Assembly: GCA_964276515.1 (NCBI GenBank)
Contig: OZ193909.1
Location: 14,074,001-14,138,000, forward strand
DNA from: Gordius albopunctatus
Lineage: Eukaryota
Direction: 5' to 3'
Length of the DNA: 64,000 bases
Shown here in pieces: positions 25,050 through 36,997 of this stretch. The first letter of the stretch is position 1. Each line of letters opens with the position of its first letter. A model generated the notes under the pieces. It was given only the letters and a program-made list of their open reading frames with translations, was not told the DNA's origin and made no database searches. The translations under genes and the position numbers were made by a program.

Positions 25050-25263
25050 CCCCTCGCGTCTTATTGAACCTTTGACCCTCGTTGGTGTGGTAAATTTCTC
25101 GCGGATACGTACTTTACTTTTATATACGCGATCGCCATTTATAATTTTTACATGAGGATAAAATAATAAATAAAACAAGAGTTAGGGGGATATCCCGTTA
25201 GGGACTCTCCCTTCTCCCCTCGCGTCTTATTGAACCTTTGACTCTCGTTGGTGTGGTAAATTT
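25050..25263 (+). repeat. 48-bp direct repeat pair (25050-25097, 25216-25263) with a third diverged copy at 22312-22357
   Basis: cccctcgcgtcttattgaacctttgac[c/t]ctcgttggtgtggtaaattt; 47/48 identical between the two copies. Confidence 0.95.
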
Positions 25264-25869
25264 TTATAACAGTAATAATGATAAATATGTAGTAAATTTT
25301 ATCAATATTTGTTAAACAAACTACATCTCCACCCCTCAATCGAATACATCACATGGGTAAGGAAAACGAATACCCCCACGAAGTACATAACTTATATTAT
25401 TGATTTTATTTGATAGAGTGGGGAGGGAAACAAAATTACTGTGCTAGGGAAAAGCGAACTTTACAGAATTGGAGCTAGAAGGGGGCAATTATGATTTAGG
25501 GAGGGGTGATTTGATGTTTTTTTTAAATATTAATGTTTTTTAAATTTAGGGGGGGGGGGTAGTCGCCACTTTCTGCCTCCCCCTACAATAGTAACTATCA
25601 TTCTTTACTAAATCTTATACATCTACTACAAGCACGGCAATCAATTGTTATTACTCTTGCACTAATACATATTTCTACTTATATTCTAACTTTCTTAAGC
25701 CCACTTCTTAAGTTGTAACAGACGATCTAAATTACAATGTTATACAAATTTGAAAAATTCAAATAAAATTAATGTTCTTTTTGCTTAATTCCAATCATAT
25801 ATTTTTAAACCAAGCAAATACAAAACGACGGAATATTTGTATGCATTTAGTTAGTAACACATCAAAAAA

Positions 25870-26578
25870 TATGATTTGCCTTCGCCGGGATTCGAACCCA
25901 TATTAATAGAGGCATAGGTTTTTGTAGGGGGGGGGGGCACAGGGACCCCTATCAGTAGAGGCAAGGGCTCTTCTAGGGGAGGACATAAGGTAATTATCAA
26001 TGTCTACCTAATATACCAATTCAAAAACTAAAAAAAAAATTTCGAATCACATTTTGGCCAATGGTCATTTTTTTCATTGGTCAGTAGCCAGAACACGGTC
26101 AAAAAGTCATATTATCAATGGTATTAACAAGAACAATATATTAATTTAATTCAAAAAAATAAAAACTCCGGGATTCGAACCAGCAATTCAGAACGTTCGC
26201 CGGGATTCGAACCCACATTAATAGAGGCATAGGCTTTTGTAGGGGCACAGAGACCCATATCAGTAGAGGCATAGGCACTTGTAGTGGAGGGCATAGGGTA
26301 ATTATCAATGTTATTACCCAATTCAAAAACGAAAAAAAATTTCGATTTATTTGGCGAATGGTCATTTTTTTCATTGGTCAACAGCCAGCGGACGGTCAAA
26401 AAGTCATATTATCAATGGTATTAACAAGAAAAAAATATTAATTTAATTAAAAAAATTTTTTTTTGTCCTCTCCGGGGATTGAACACGAACCTCCGGGTCA
26501 GGAAGCCGTTGTAAATAACTTGGTGGACGACGGACGACGGACTTCAAAAAACGAGCCAATAAATTGCATAGCAATTAA
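25870..26578 (-). mobile_element. DINE-1/HINE-like element, 3'-truncated copy
   Basis: 5' subTIR (aaattgcatagcaattaa, 26561-26578), GGAC repeats and central units are present. The 3' hairpin is not seen. Confidence 0.75.
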
Positions 26579-26621
26579 TGTTTATATTGTATTTGTGTTT
26601 TTAAAACCAAATAGACACAAC

Positions 26622-26780
26622 CATGGGCGTAGCCAGCATTGGGATTAGAGGGGGGGGGCAATAATGATTTGGGGGGGGGGCAAAATGAACATTTTTTGAA
26701 ATTTTAGCCATAATTTTAATAAATTTCAACAAATTTTTGGATTTCGAGGGGGGTGGCCGCCCCCCCTGGCTACGCCTATG
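26622..26780. mobile_element. hAT-type MITE (CATGGGCGTAGCC family)
   Basis: TIRs catgggcgtagccag / ctggctacgcctatg. Perfect 8-bp TSD gacacaac. Confidence 0.92.
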
Positions 26781-27185
26781 GACACAACTATAAATTAATA
26801 AACAAATTTAATCTATTACCAAATAACATTTTTATTAATATTTTGGAGTTTAACATTGTAGGAGTTCAATTTCGAACGTGCACAAACATTAGTTTTTGCA
26901 GTGTGCGGTAGGTGTAGTTTGTCCTACTTTAGTATGGCCGACTGCATAGGCTTGTTTCATATACGCTTCGAATTTTTTAATTACATATTCCACTTATTTA
27001 AACACCCTCAAGGTATTTTAAGCTTTTTAGGAGTTGGTGTCATTGATATTGCGCGTTGTGAACATATAAGTGAAAATTCCATTTAGAATATACATTATGA
27101 AACATTCAAATATCTTTCCAAATTTGCTCTATATTATACCAATAAATTTAAAATTTCCTTGAAATACTTATGATACTTGTTTACA

Positions 27186-28929
27186 ATGAAATTGAAATCT
27201 CCTCCGCTTAGGACAGCATATCATGATTTTGGGCTCACTAGAGAGCATTCCAGATTGAAAGACAATTATAAAAGAGACAATTCTGAATTTACAAAGATTG
27301 GCGCTAAAACTAATTTCACACCAGAAAATATGTATAATATAAATGAAAATAATATATATGGGCAATTATATGTTGATTCAACTTTGCCCGCAAGGCCTGT
27401 TAATCAAAATCCTCTTTACAAACCACACGATATGACTGGTACTTTAATGCGATTCAATCATGGAGGCAGTTTAGCTAAAGTTGAAGATAGTCATTATGCT
27501 ATGACGACCGACTTAGATGATATAAACGATTACGGAAATAACCGAAGCAGTTCTGAATTATTACCTTGGTGGTCAGATCATGGGGGAACTTTGCCTTCTT
27601 TGACTCTAAACCAACAGCAAATTATATCGGAACCGTTTGGTGACGACATTAATCCTATAGTTAATTCAGCTAGAAGCGCCCTTGGGGATAGTCAGGATAT
27701 CAAACATCCTACAAAAGTACATAGGGAAGCTTCCATTTTTATTTGGCTCGTTAGTTGGTTAGCACAATGCATGCTACTGTTCACGGTTTTAGTGACGAGC
27801 ATTACTCCGATGCCTTGGTTAGTGGGTGATAATATCTTAAGTCCGGGATCTGTAATAGGTGGCTTATGGGGATTTTGCACATCTGGATTTAGAATAAATG
27901 ACATCGGAGCCAATCAGGCATTGTCTAAACCCCACTGCTTTGTATTCAATCGCGAGAATGAGGCTAACTCCCTATCGACCCCTTCATTTTGGACTTGGGT
28001 TATAACAATATTTAACTTCCCTTCCTTAGTAGTCTCCCATTACCACATGCTCGGAGCTTGGTTGTGGTGCATAGCATTAACATTAAATGCTTGTGGATTT
28101 ATAATCTTTGTGCTCGTGTACTTAGGCGCACTGTGGTCACTACCTAAACTTATGCAAAATTACATAAATTTTAAGGCACGATCCAATCAACCGGTACAAA
28201 ATAATAACACAAAAAATCCTAATCAATGGCACTTAGAGCAAAAGATCGGGATAAACCTTAAAATTTCAATGCAAAGTATTCCATTTCGCGTCAATAAATA
28301 TCTTGTTATTTTTGCTGGATATTTCAACTTAGTAACAGGTAAAGTTTTACTATGAAGTTTAAAAATGTCAATCCCCAATTTAAAGACCATTTATATGGCT
28401 ATTATTAACTTTTACATTAATGAAAGTTTAAACATAAATAAATTCTAGCAATTCCTATGACCTTCTCGTGTTTACTCTATCCATTGAGTTGGAACAACGC
28501 TGCTTTGAAGATAGTTTGTGGGAAGAGGATGAAAGCTTATAGTTTAGGAGATTGCTCAATGGGGCTTGGATTTTACCTAGCTCTTTTGTGTATTCTAAAT
28601 GCTATTGCTCTCGGATCGCTAGGGATATGTCTAGCAAACAAGATTCCTCAATATCAAAGTGCTACTAAATTTAGGCTGTCCAAAAAATATACAAGTAATT
28701 TTATTCGTTATTTAATATTTAAGGTTTTAAAATGTTTGTTACAGACAGCAAGAAATACTGGAAAACTGAAAACGAAATTTTGTCATACAATTTTAGTGAT
28801 GAAGTCGTTTACCGGAAACCTCATATAAATGGATCTAAATCGATATTTGACAATGATAAATCCATCTATTCATATCTTCCTTCTAGTTTTAAAAACGACA
28901 AAAATGGCTACAGTTTAAAAACTTCCTAA
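27186..28929 (+). CDS. LHFPL/TMHS-family tetraspan membrane protein (3 exons: 27186-28338, 28449-28694, 28745-28929)
   Basis: PWLVGD...GLWGFC and CLLYPLSWNNAALKIVCG...YSLGDCSMGLGFYLALLCILNAI match LHFPL3/4/5 motifs. The GT/AG junctions preserve the frame. Confidence 0.85.
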
Positions 28930-29778
28930 TTGTTTTCTATATTTTTGTTACTTGGCTTAAAGAAATAAAATTTTAAAAACAAATCATACATATAGGCAAA
29001 ATGTTATTGACGACATACTAAATAATTAGACGGAAAAGATTAACAGTAATATTTTAGGGTTGTCTGTAAATTATAATTAAGTATTTGGCATATTTTTAAT
29101 AATTTGTAATTACATACTAATACTTAATATTATAGTCGTTTTGTGTAGAAATGCCGTTGACACCACTGATTTTTAACTCTTTGTTAACTATATATGGTCT
29201 AAAAACATCACTTTTTTAAAAAGATCCAACTTTTGCTCAAGGAATTTATGTATTGCATCCCATGTTTAAAGATTACTAGAGAATTCTTAAGACTACCTTT
29301 AAAACAATTAAATGTAGCTAAATGTAATTGATTTTAAGAGCTGTAATTAGGATTTACATTTATGATAACTTAAATTAGATATCTAGATGTCATTGTAGGC
29401 ATCGAAGTTGGTTTAGACTGGCACTATCCTTAAATTAATAGTTAATTCACCGGTAATCCAAGCGCTTGCATATATTAGATTAGTTTTTAAGCTCTTTTGA
29501 GGGTCAGTGAATGTTTAGGTACTAAAAAACAACCTTTAGGCAATTAAAATAGGGGTTTTTGACTATTTTAGGCTTTAAAGAGTATACACATACATGCATG
29601 TTTTATGTAGGCAAACATATTAATCTATGTCAAATTGTTATTAACGACAATATAAATATTTATATGAGCAAATATGTTTCAACTTTTAAAAAATTACTAC
29701 AGTATTTCTAAATTTAAATAGAAAAGTTGTGGAATTTGTGGCATAAATTTAATTAATATACTTTAAAAGAACTTTCTA

Positions 29779-29829
29779 AACACTACCTACGACGGTCCCA
29801 AGTCAGTGTGCAAAAAAGTGAAGCGTTGA
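29779..29829 (+). ncRNA. Twister ribozyme remnant at the 5' end of the old RTE copy
   Basis: AA-CACU-AC-CUACG-ACGG-UCCCAAGU-CAGU-...-AGUG-AAGCG aligns with the twister core AA-CACU-GC...CCGG-UCCCAAGC-CCGG...AGUG-GAGGG. The 3' part is mutated. Confidence 0.65.
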
Positions 29830-31236
29830 TGTGATGTCAGAAACTAGATGTTTAAACCTCCCCAAATTTATGACAGTTTTAAATAAAACCTTGGACGCGC
29901 ATTACATATTCCGCCCACTACAAATTCCGCCCGTGCAATGTAAAGATATACTAAAGATATCGTTTGACTCACAAAGAAGGGGGTTGAGGAATCTAGCTGT
30001 GGAAAGAATGCGAATAACATGTTAGAATTTTGGCACGTTGATTAGAAAAACATCGAAGTCGCACAAATGCTAAAAAGAAGAAAGGTACACATCGCCTTCC
30101 TACAATAGACCAGGTGGAACGGAACCAAAGCTCGGGATTTAGGAGAGGGATACAAGATATTCTACAATGGGCCACCAAATCGTAAAAGAAGCGAAGCTTT
30201 CAACAAGGTCGTTGAAGTCAAGGGTTGTTCCAATAGGTTAGTGTTAGAAGATTGCAGTCAAAGGGGCCTCCTAACCGTGATGTACGCTTGCTCACCAAAT
30301 TGGGTGTATGGACATAGGACAATAAGAAAAGATAATGAAGGGGCAGACTTCAACGCCCACGAAGGGAAGCATCAGGTATGAACGAAATCATGGAGGCTAT
30401 GGGCATGGCTAGAACAACAATGAAGGGGGATAAACTTCTTCAAGTATTCCAATACAAAATGGCGATCGTTTACTACACGTATTTTCAAAAATGTGTAGAT
30501 AATATTGTGACTACAGACATAAGAAGCATTTAGTCAACTCGACTATTTGCTCACACGACGAAACGATTTACGAAAAATTAAGGATTGCAAATAAAAAGTA
30601 TTTACGGAAAGAAGAAAGCTTTATAAACCTCGAATTCGATACGAAAGACTAAAGGATATGTCAACGAATAATAAATACCAAATGTAGACAGGTTTACATA
30701 CCTCGGCAAGCTAAGTCAAGGGGGAAGTTGCGCAAAAGGATGAATGGATCCAAAAAGGATGGCTTAAATGGCGAAGTATATCCTGTGTATAAGAAGCCAT
30801 GGTGGTTGAAGAGCAACGCTTAAAAATCCCTCCTAAGACCAGTGTTACACTATGGAAGTGAAACATGGGAATTTACGTCCACTGAAGAAAAGCTATTACA
30901 AGCCACGGAGATGAGATTGATGCGGTATAGGGTATACAAACACAAAGCTTGACCATATGACAAATGACAGTCTCAGAGCAAAACTGGGTATTCAACGTAT
31001 GGCGGACTTAATTAACAAAAATCGGTTAAAGTGGTATGGTCATATACTTAAAAAGGACGAATTATATAATTTGAAAATAATTAGAAATGGAGGAGCCAGG
31101 GAAGAGAACAAGAAGACGACTTATGTCATTAGGAAAGTGCAAGTAGGCAAAAGATAACTAAGAAGATAAAGTCATGGCCCTAACCCGATCAAGATGGAAG
31201 AATTATCAAAATAAATGATAAAGAAGAGAGAAAGAA
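29779..31236 (+). mobile_element. Old, internally deleted RTE-clade LINE
   Basis: Degenerate homology to the 31739-34819 element: same 5' end, VERMRITC, RLKWYGHIL, and a GAA-like tail. Many stops and frameshifts. Confidence 0.85.
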
Positions 31237-31738
31237 CGTTATAAATCAATTGAGGATAACGGACATTATTTTCACTTCCCACAAGTTTCACATTTTAATT
31301 TTACTTTAATATTATTTTCACCTCTTATTTTGTTAGCAATGGCGAGTTAGGTCTTCAGTCCAGTGTTTTTCTGAGTTATTGCTTCTTACTTTCCCCTAAG
31401 ATTTTCTACCACACTTTCAGATGCTTTCTCCATAATTTTAAGTAAATGATCTCTTTTTTTGTTACGAGTTCCCTACGAAAATGGTAATGACGTTTAAATC
31501 TAAAATGAGAACTGATGTAAGCTAGGTTCATGGTGTCTACCTCTACATATACTAAATCACACTCTAATAAGGGTGCAATAAACTTTTTGACTTCTACAAA
31601 ATATTATTTTTGGTAATCTACGGGTGCCACTTATGTCCATGTTCTTGGGAAGATAAATATCTGAAAATGGCTGTCGAAATTCGAACTCTTAAGGAAGGTT
31701 TACAAAACATTCTTAAAACATGATATAATTTTTTTATA

Positions 31739-34700
31739 TTCTTCTTCTTCTTTATCAGTTATTTGGTCCCATATTGGTGGGGTTTGTTTTGATGAGTCTC
31801 TTCCATCTTGACCGGGTTAGTGCCATGTCTTGACGAATATCTTTAGTTTCCATAACTTTATCGACTTGCCTTTTCCACGTGACACGGGGTCGTCCTCTTC
31901 CTCTCTTCCCCGGTATTTTCATGTCTAGCACTTTTCGATTTACGTCATCCGGGTCCCTTCTTAGTATATGCCCATACCACCTTAGCCGATTTTCGTTAAT
32001 CATGTCCGCCATAGGTTGAATACCCATTTTTGTCATGAGAAAGTCATTCGTCATATGGTCGAGCTTAGTATACCCCAAGCTCCACCGTATCATTCTCATC
32101 TCCGTGGCTTGTAATAACTTTCCTTCAGTGGTGTTTAATGCCCATGTTTCACTTCCATAGAGTAACACCGGTCTTACGATGGATTTGTAAGCTTTGCTCT
32201 TCAACCATATTGGCATTTTCTTGTCGCACATTACACCGGATATACTTCGCCATTTAAGCCATCCTTTTTGAATCCGGGCATTGATTTCAGTTGCGCAACC
32301 TCCCTCTTGATGTAGCATAGAGCCGAGGTAATTAAACCTGTCTACTTTTGGGTATTTTAGGTGGTCATCCAGCGATGGGGTGCTTGTACCGTTCATTTCC
32401 ATGTATACCGTTTTTCGATCGTTGACCTTTAAACCATATCCAGCTAAGCACTTTGACCACTTTTCTGCTTCTTCGAATACCTTCTACCTTGTTTCCTCGC
32501 ATAGTACTATATCATCGGCATATAGCATACACCATGGCGATGGCTTTTGAAAGTCCCTCGTTATCGTGTCTATAATTATATTAAATAAAAAGGGACTTAA
32601 AGCAGAGCCTTGATGTAATCCAATATTAACCCGAAAAGGTTTAGAGTCTCCAACTGTCGTCCTAACGCAAGAGTTTGAGGCTTCATAGATATTTTTCATA
32701 AGCCGTATATATGCGTCAGGGATATTTTGTTTCCTCAGGCACCACCATATTAAATCGCGGGGGACCGTGTCATAAGCTTTCTCCAAGTCGATAAAAACCA
32801 TATGTAGATCTTTCCTCTTTTCACCATACTTATCCATCATTTGTCTTAGGGCGAAGATTGGGTCGATTGTGGATTTGCCGGCCACGAATCCGAATTGATT
32901 AGCCGATATTTCCACCTCGTTTTTCAGCCTTGTTACTAAGATCCTTTCCAAAAGCTTCAAGGAGTGGCAAGTTAGCTTGATACCTCTGTAATTGCCGCAG
33001 TCCTGAGGGTCTCCTTTCCCTTTGAATAAGGGTATAATCGTGCTTGCTCTCCATTGATTAGGGATTCGCTCTTCTACCAATATCTTGTTAAGGAGGTTCG
33101 TCATGGTGGTGACTCCTTCTTCACGACATCCGAGCAATGCTTCCATAGGTATTCCATCTGGGCCATTTGCTTTTCCTTTTTGCATCTTGTTCATTTGTGT
33201 CCTAACTTCATCCTTCTGAAAGAGTTCGACCATACTTATATTTGGCTCAATTTCGGGAAGAGAATCCTTGTCATTTGCAATATTCATAAGTTTCTTAAAA
33301 TATCCTTTCCACCTTTCCATCACTTCCTTCGGCTTGAATAAAGTTTGACCCTTCTCGCTTTTGACTATTTTAAGAACTCCGACATCTCGACTTTTCTTCT
33401 CCCTTATCTTGGCCAATTTGTACATAAGCCTATCGCCCCCTTTATGATCCAGTTTGTTTGCCATCTCGGTGTACGCAGCATTCTTCGCTTTTGTAACGGC
33501 CTTTTTTGCGGCCCTCTTTGCGTCCCTGTACTCTTGATAATCCTCCGACTTTTTTGATTTATGCCACCGTCTATATAGATTTTTCTTTATTTCGATGGAA
33601 TCTTTAACCGATTGATCCCACCACCATAGTTCCCTATTCATAGCTTTGCCTCCTTTGGTCTGTCCTAGAACACGAATCGCTGTTTCCTTAATGTCCTTAG
33701 ATAGCGTTTCCCAATCTTCGTCTACGTCCCTTTGCAACTTCCTTGCACCCAAGAGTGAGGAGGCTTTTTGATGGTATTCTTCGTTCGTCGACGTATTCTT
33801 TAGCCTTTCGTATCGAATTCGAGGTTCATATACCTTTCTTCTTTCGGGAAATACTCTTCTGTCAAGATCCATAACAAGGGGACGATGTTGCCTGGCGATT
33901 TCTTCTCCCGGTATTACTTTGCAATCTTTGATACTCCATAAGTCCTTTCGCCGTATAAGCAAATAGTCGATTTGACTAAAATGCTTCCCACTTCTATAGG
34001 TCACAATATGATCTTCGCGCTTTTGAAAATAGGTGTTAACGATCGCCATGTCATATGCTTGGGATGCTTGTAGAAGTTTTTCCCCTTCTTTGTTCTTCAG
34101 ACCATGCCCATAGCCTCCATGATTGCGTTCATACCCGAGGCGATCTTTCCCTACGTGAGCGTTGAAATCGGCCCCAATAATTAGCCTTTCTTCCTGTCGG
34201 ATTCCTTGTATTTCCTTTTCCAATGATTCGAAGAATATGTCTTTCTCTGATTCCGAACACCCAATTAGGGGAGCATACGCGCACATAACGGTTAGGAGGC
34301 CCCCTTGATCCGCAATCTTTACCCACATTAGCCTGTCGGAACAACGTTTGACTTCCACCACCTTGTCCTTGAACGATTCGCTTAGAACGATACCGACCCC
34401 GTTTCTACGATTTGGTGACCCACTGTAGAAAAGCTTGTATCCTTCTCCTAATTCCCGAGCTTTCGTTCCGTTCCACCTCGTCTCTTGTAGGCAGGCGATG
34501 TGTACCTTTCTTCTTTTTAACATCTGTGCGACCTCGATGCTCTTCCCCGTCAACGTTCCCACATTCCAGCACGTAATTCGCATTCTTTCCACAACTAGTT
34601 TCCTTAACCGCCTTCGTTGTGAGTTGGGCAGTAACCCTAGTGTATTTTTCACATTGCACGGGCGGGGTATGCAGTGCGCGTCGTTTGTGGAGGACGCCCT

Positions 34701-34819
34701 AGCCTTTTCTTGTAAAATCTCGTTTGAAACTATCATAAATTTTGGAGTTGATTTTTATAGCCGGTTTCCGACCTGACGCCAACCCTCCACTTTTTGCACA
34801 CGGACTTGGGACCGTCGTA
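31739..34819 (-). mobile_element. Near-full-length RTE-clade LINE (APE + RT) with one in-frame nonsense codon
   Basis: APE motifs CWNVGTL, CLQETRW, ADFNAHVG and QIDYLL. RT motifs QFGF, FIDLEKAYD, GLHQGSALSP and YADD. ORFs 32484-34736 and 31755-32402 share a frame, separated by TAG (GAG in the 39-kb copy). (GAA)n tail at 31739-31754. Confidence 0.95.
34783..34819 (-). ncRNA. Twister ribozyme core (3' portion) at the RTE 5' end
   Basis: UACG-ACGG-UCCCAAGU-CCGU-GUGCAAAA-AGUG-GAGGG: the P4 stem, the L4 CCC and its GAGGG pseudoknot partner are intact. The 5' AACACUAC part is missing in this copy. Confidence 0.7.
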
Positions 34820-34977
34820 CACTCGATTTATGCAATAGGCCAAGAAAGTTACATATACAAGAGATGGAGAAAAAACCATGGGTGTACGCGTGATAGGTGC
34901 TATGATTAAAGCATCGTCGGTCATGGCTAATGAAACCTTAAGTTTTTAAGGGGTACTATTTCTATGTTATAGATGGC

Positions 34978-35164
34978 CATGGGCGTAGTCAGGGGGGAGG
35001 CGGCCGGCGCCCCCCCCCCTCCCCTAAATGACAAAAATAATTTCAATACAAAAACCCTTATAAATTAAAAGAATTTATGTTTTGCCCCCCCCCCCCCCCA
35101 CGCAATTGAACTTATAAAATTTTCGTCCCCCCCCCTTCTAATCCAAAACCTGGCTACACCCATG
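34978..35164. mobile_element. hAT-type MITE (CATGGGCGTAGCC family)
   Basis: TIRs catgggcgtagtcagg / cctggctacacccatg. 8-bp TSD tagatggc / tcgatggc. Confidence 0.85.
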
Positions 35165-35537
35165 TCGATGGCTATGAGTTTCTTTGAGACAAATAAAAGG
35201 GGTAAAATATTTTTTGTGAGTCTTGATCAATTCTTTAGTTTATAATAGATGAGGTATGCATCTGCAATAAATTTTTACCTATATTATAGTCATATAACTC
35301 TCAAGGCTATCTGTTGTGTCGTCAACAGAAATCTACATGTATGAGTCTTTTAGATCGTCCCTTATCCTATAGAGTGCATCCTCATATTAAGATAGTAAAT
35401 AATTCTTTCAAAGTGTCAACTCTGCAAGATTTCTTCAAATTAATTCTAAAATGTGGATTTTCAAAGTTGTAAATAGAATTCTACTGCTACTATAATATGA
35501 CACAATTTAACCATAAACCTGTACCCTTTATAAATAA

Positions 35538-35866
35538 CTAGATGAACCCGGCAAACGTTGTTTTGCCATTTACCCGGGGGGTGTGTTAAATTATGTTGGA
35601 ATTTTAGGGCATATATGATGATAAAGCGGTTATTGAAGTAAAAATGAAGTTTGATGTCTATATGTTCTACTTCTATTGTTCTATTTCCGTATACAGTGCA
35701 ACGCGTACGAATACTCGAAAACTACTGGACCAATTTGGCTCGAACAAATCTTAAAACATGCTCCGGAGTGTCAGGAATAAACTGTGAAATTTTGAGCCAA
35801 ATCGGTCTGGTAGTTTTCTAAAATTGGTGGCGGCATACACACATAGTTTCATTTTTATATATGAGA
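35538..35866 (-). mobile_element. Non-autonomous Helitron
   Basis: The minus strand reads A|TCtcatatataaaa ... ggcaaa-acaacg-tttgcc-gggttcatCTAG|T: canonical termini, a 3' hairpin and an AT target. Confidence 0.85.
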
Positions 35867-36997
35867 TTGCTGAATTCTGCGTCGAATGCTTTTGATTGAT
35901 TTAAGACCTAGTTTAACGTTTGCTGTGCAATGCACCTTGGTTGTATAGGATTGTGCTTTTTCACTTAAAACCTAAAAAACTAATTTTTCTAATATAAATT
36001 AATAATATGGTAACTTCCTCAATAAAATCTTGGCATAAATTGTGAATTCACCATTTTATCGCAAAATTTGCATCAAATAATCTTGCCATCCGTCAATAAA
36101 CGCCACTGATAAATTAATAACGATTGAGATCATTTGAATTTTAGCCTAATTAAAATACCAAACTCAAATGAAAAATATTTGAAACTGAAGAATAAGCTAG
36201 GAACACCATTAATTTTAAGTATTTTAGCACTATAAAAACAGCTCATATATAACTTATATCTTTAAACGTCTAGGCACAAAATATAAAGCCATTATGTTTG
36301 AAGGAAATATGTTTCTTCCAAAAACGCTGTCTACTTATTAGCTGTATTATAAAAGCTTTTATCAAGCAGATACTTAGTTTTGTAAATACTAAAAGAGAAA
36401 AGACCGTTTATTAGTGATGATCAAAACCTAGGTTTACTTTTTACAACCCAAACCTGGGGTGGAACCTCAAAAAAGACCTTAAAACCCTTAAGGCCTTTTA
36501 TACACCCAAATCTTAACCCGGGGTTGGGGCTAGGTTGAGCTAGGTATAATGTTTTGTAGTATAGGGGTGAAATAAGAATATATTATTTTTTAAATATGAA
36601 TATATTTGTTTTTTGAGGAAGAAATTAATTTTTTTTTTGAATATTTTAATTTAAAATGAAGAGAAAATGTTTTCTTATCATTATAGATTTAATTTTATAA
36701 TATAATCTTTGGGTAGATTAATTAAAAAAATTATTGGGATTATTGTTTTAGCCCCATCTAGGTTGTAATTAAATTATATTAATGCATGTATTGCATTGTT
36801 TATGATTAAATTAGTTTTTCACAAGTTATAAATCATTAAGCATTTACAAGCGCGTAGGGAAGGGGGGGGGGGGTTTTCGGGTTTGAACCCCCCCCCCCTC
36901 CTCCTGGATATTATTTTTTTTCAAAAAACAACACAAAATTATTGATAATCATGATTATAATTAATTTAGCTAGTGTCAAGTGCTGCGTTTATATTTA

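Larger units (their letters stand above)
22358..25263 (+). mobile_element. RT-RNase H retroelement, unit 2, with a 3' repeat-spacer-repeat end
   Basis: Diverged homolog of unit 1. ORF1 starts at ATG 22388 (MPRRTSSRK...). The pol ATG is conserved at 23072. Confidence 0.85.

Noticed and set aside
24796..25155. Possible tyrosine recombinase remnant overlapping the pol end
   Set aside because: No R...HxxR...Y motifs, and the frame is interrupted in unit 1.
25663..25694. 32-bp exact match to 40589-40620
   Set aside because: AT-rich and most likely a fragment of an unrecognised dispersed repeat; no structure or termini support more.
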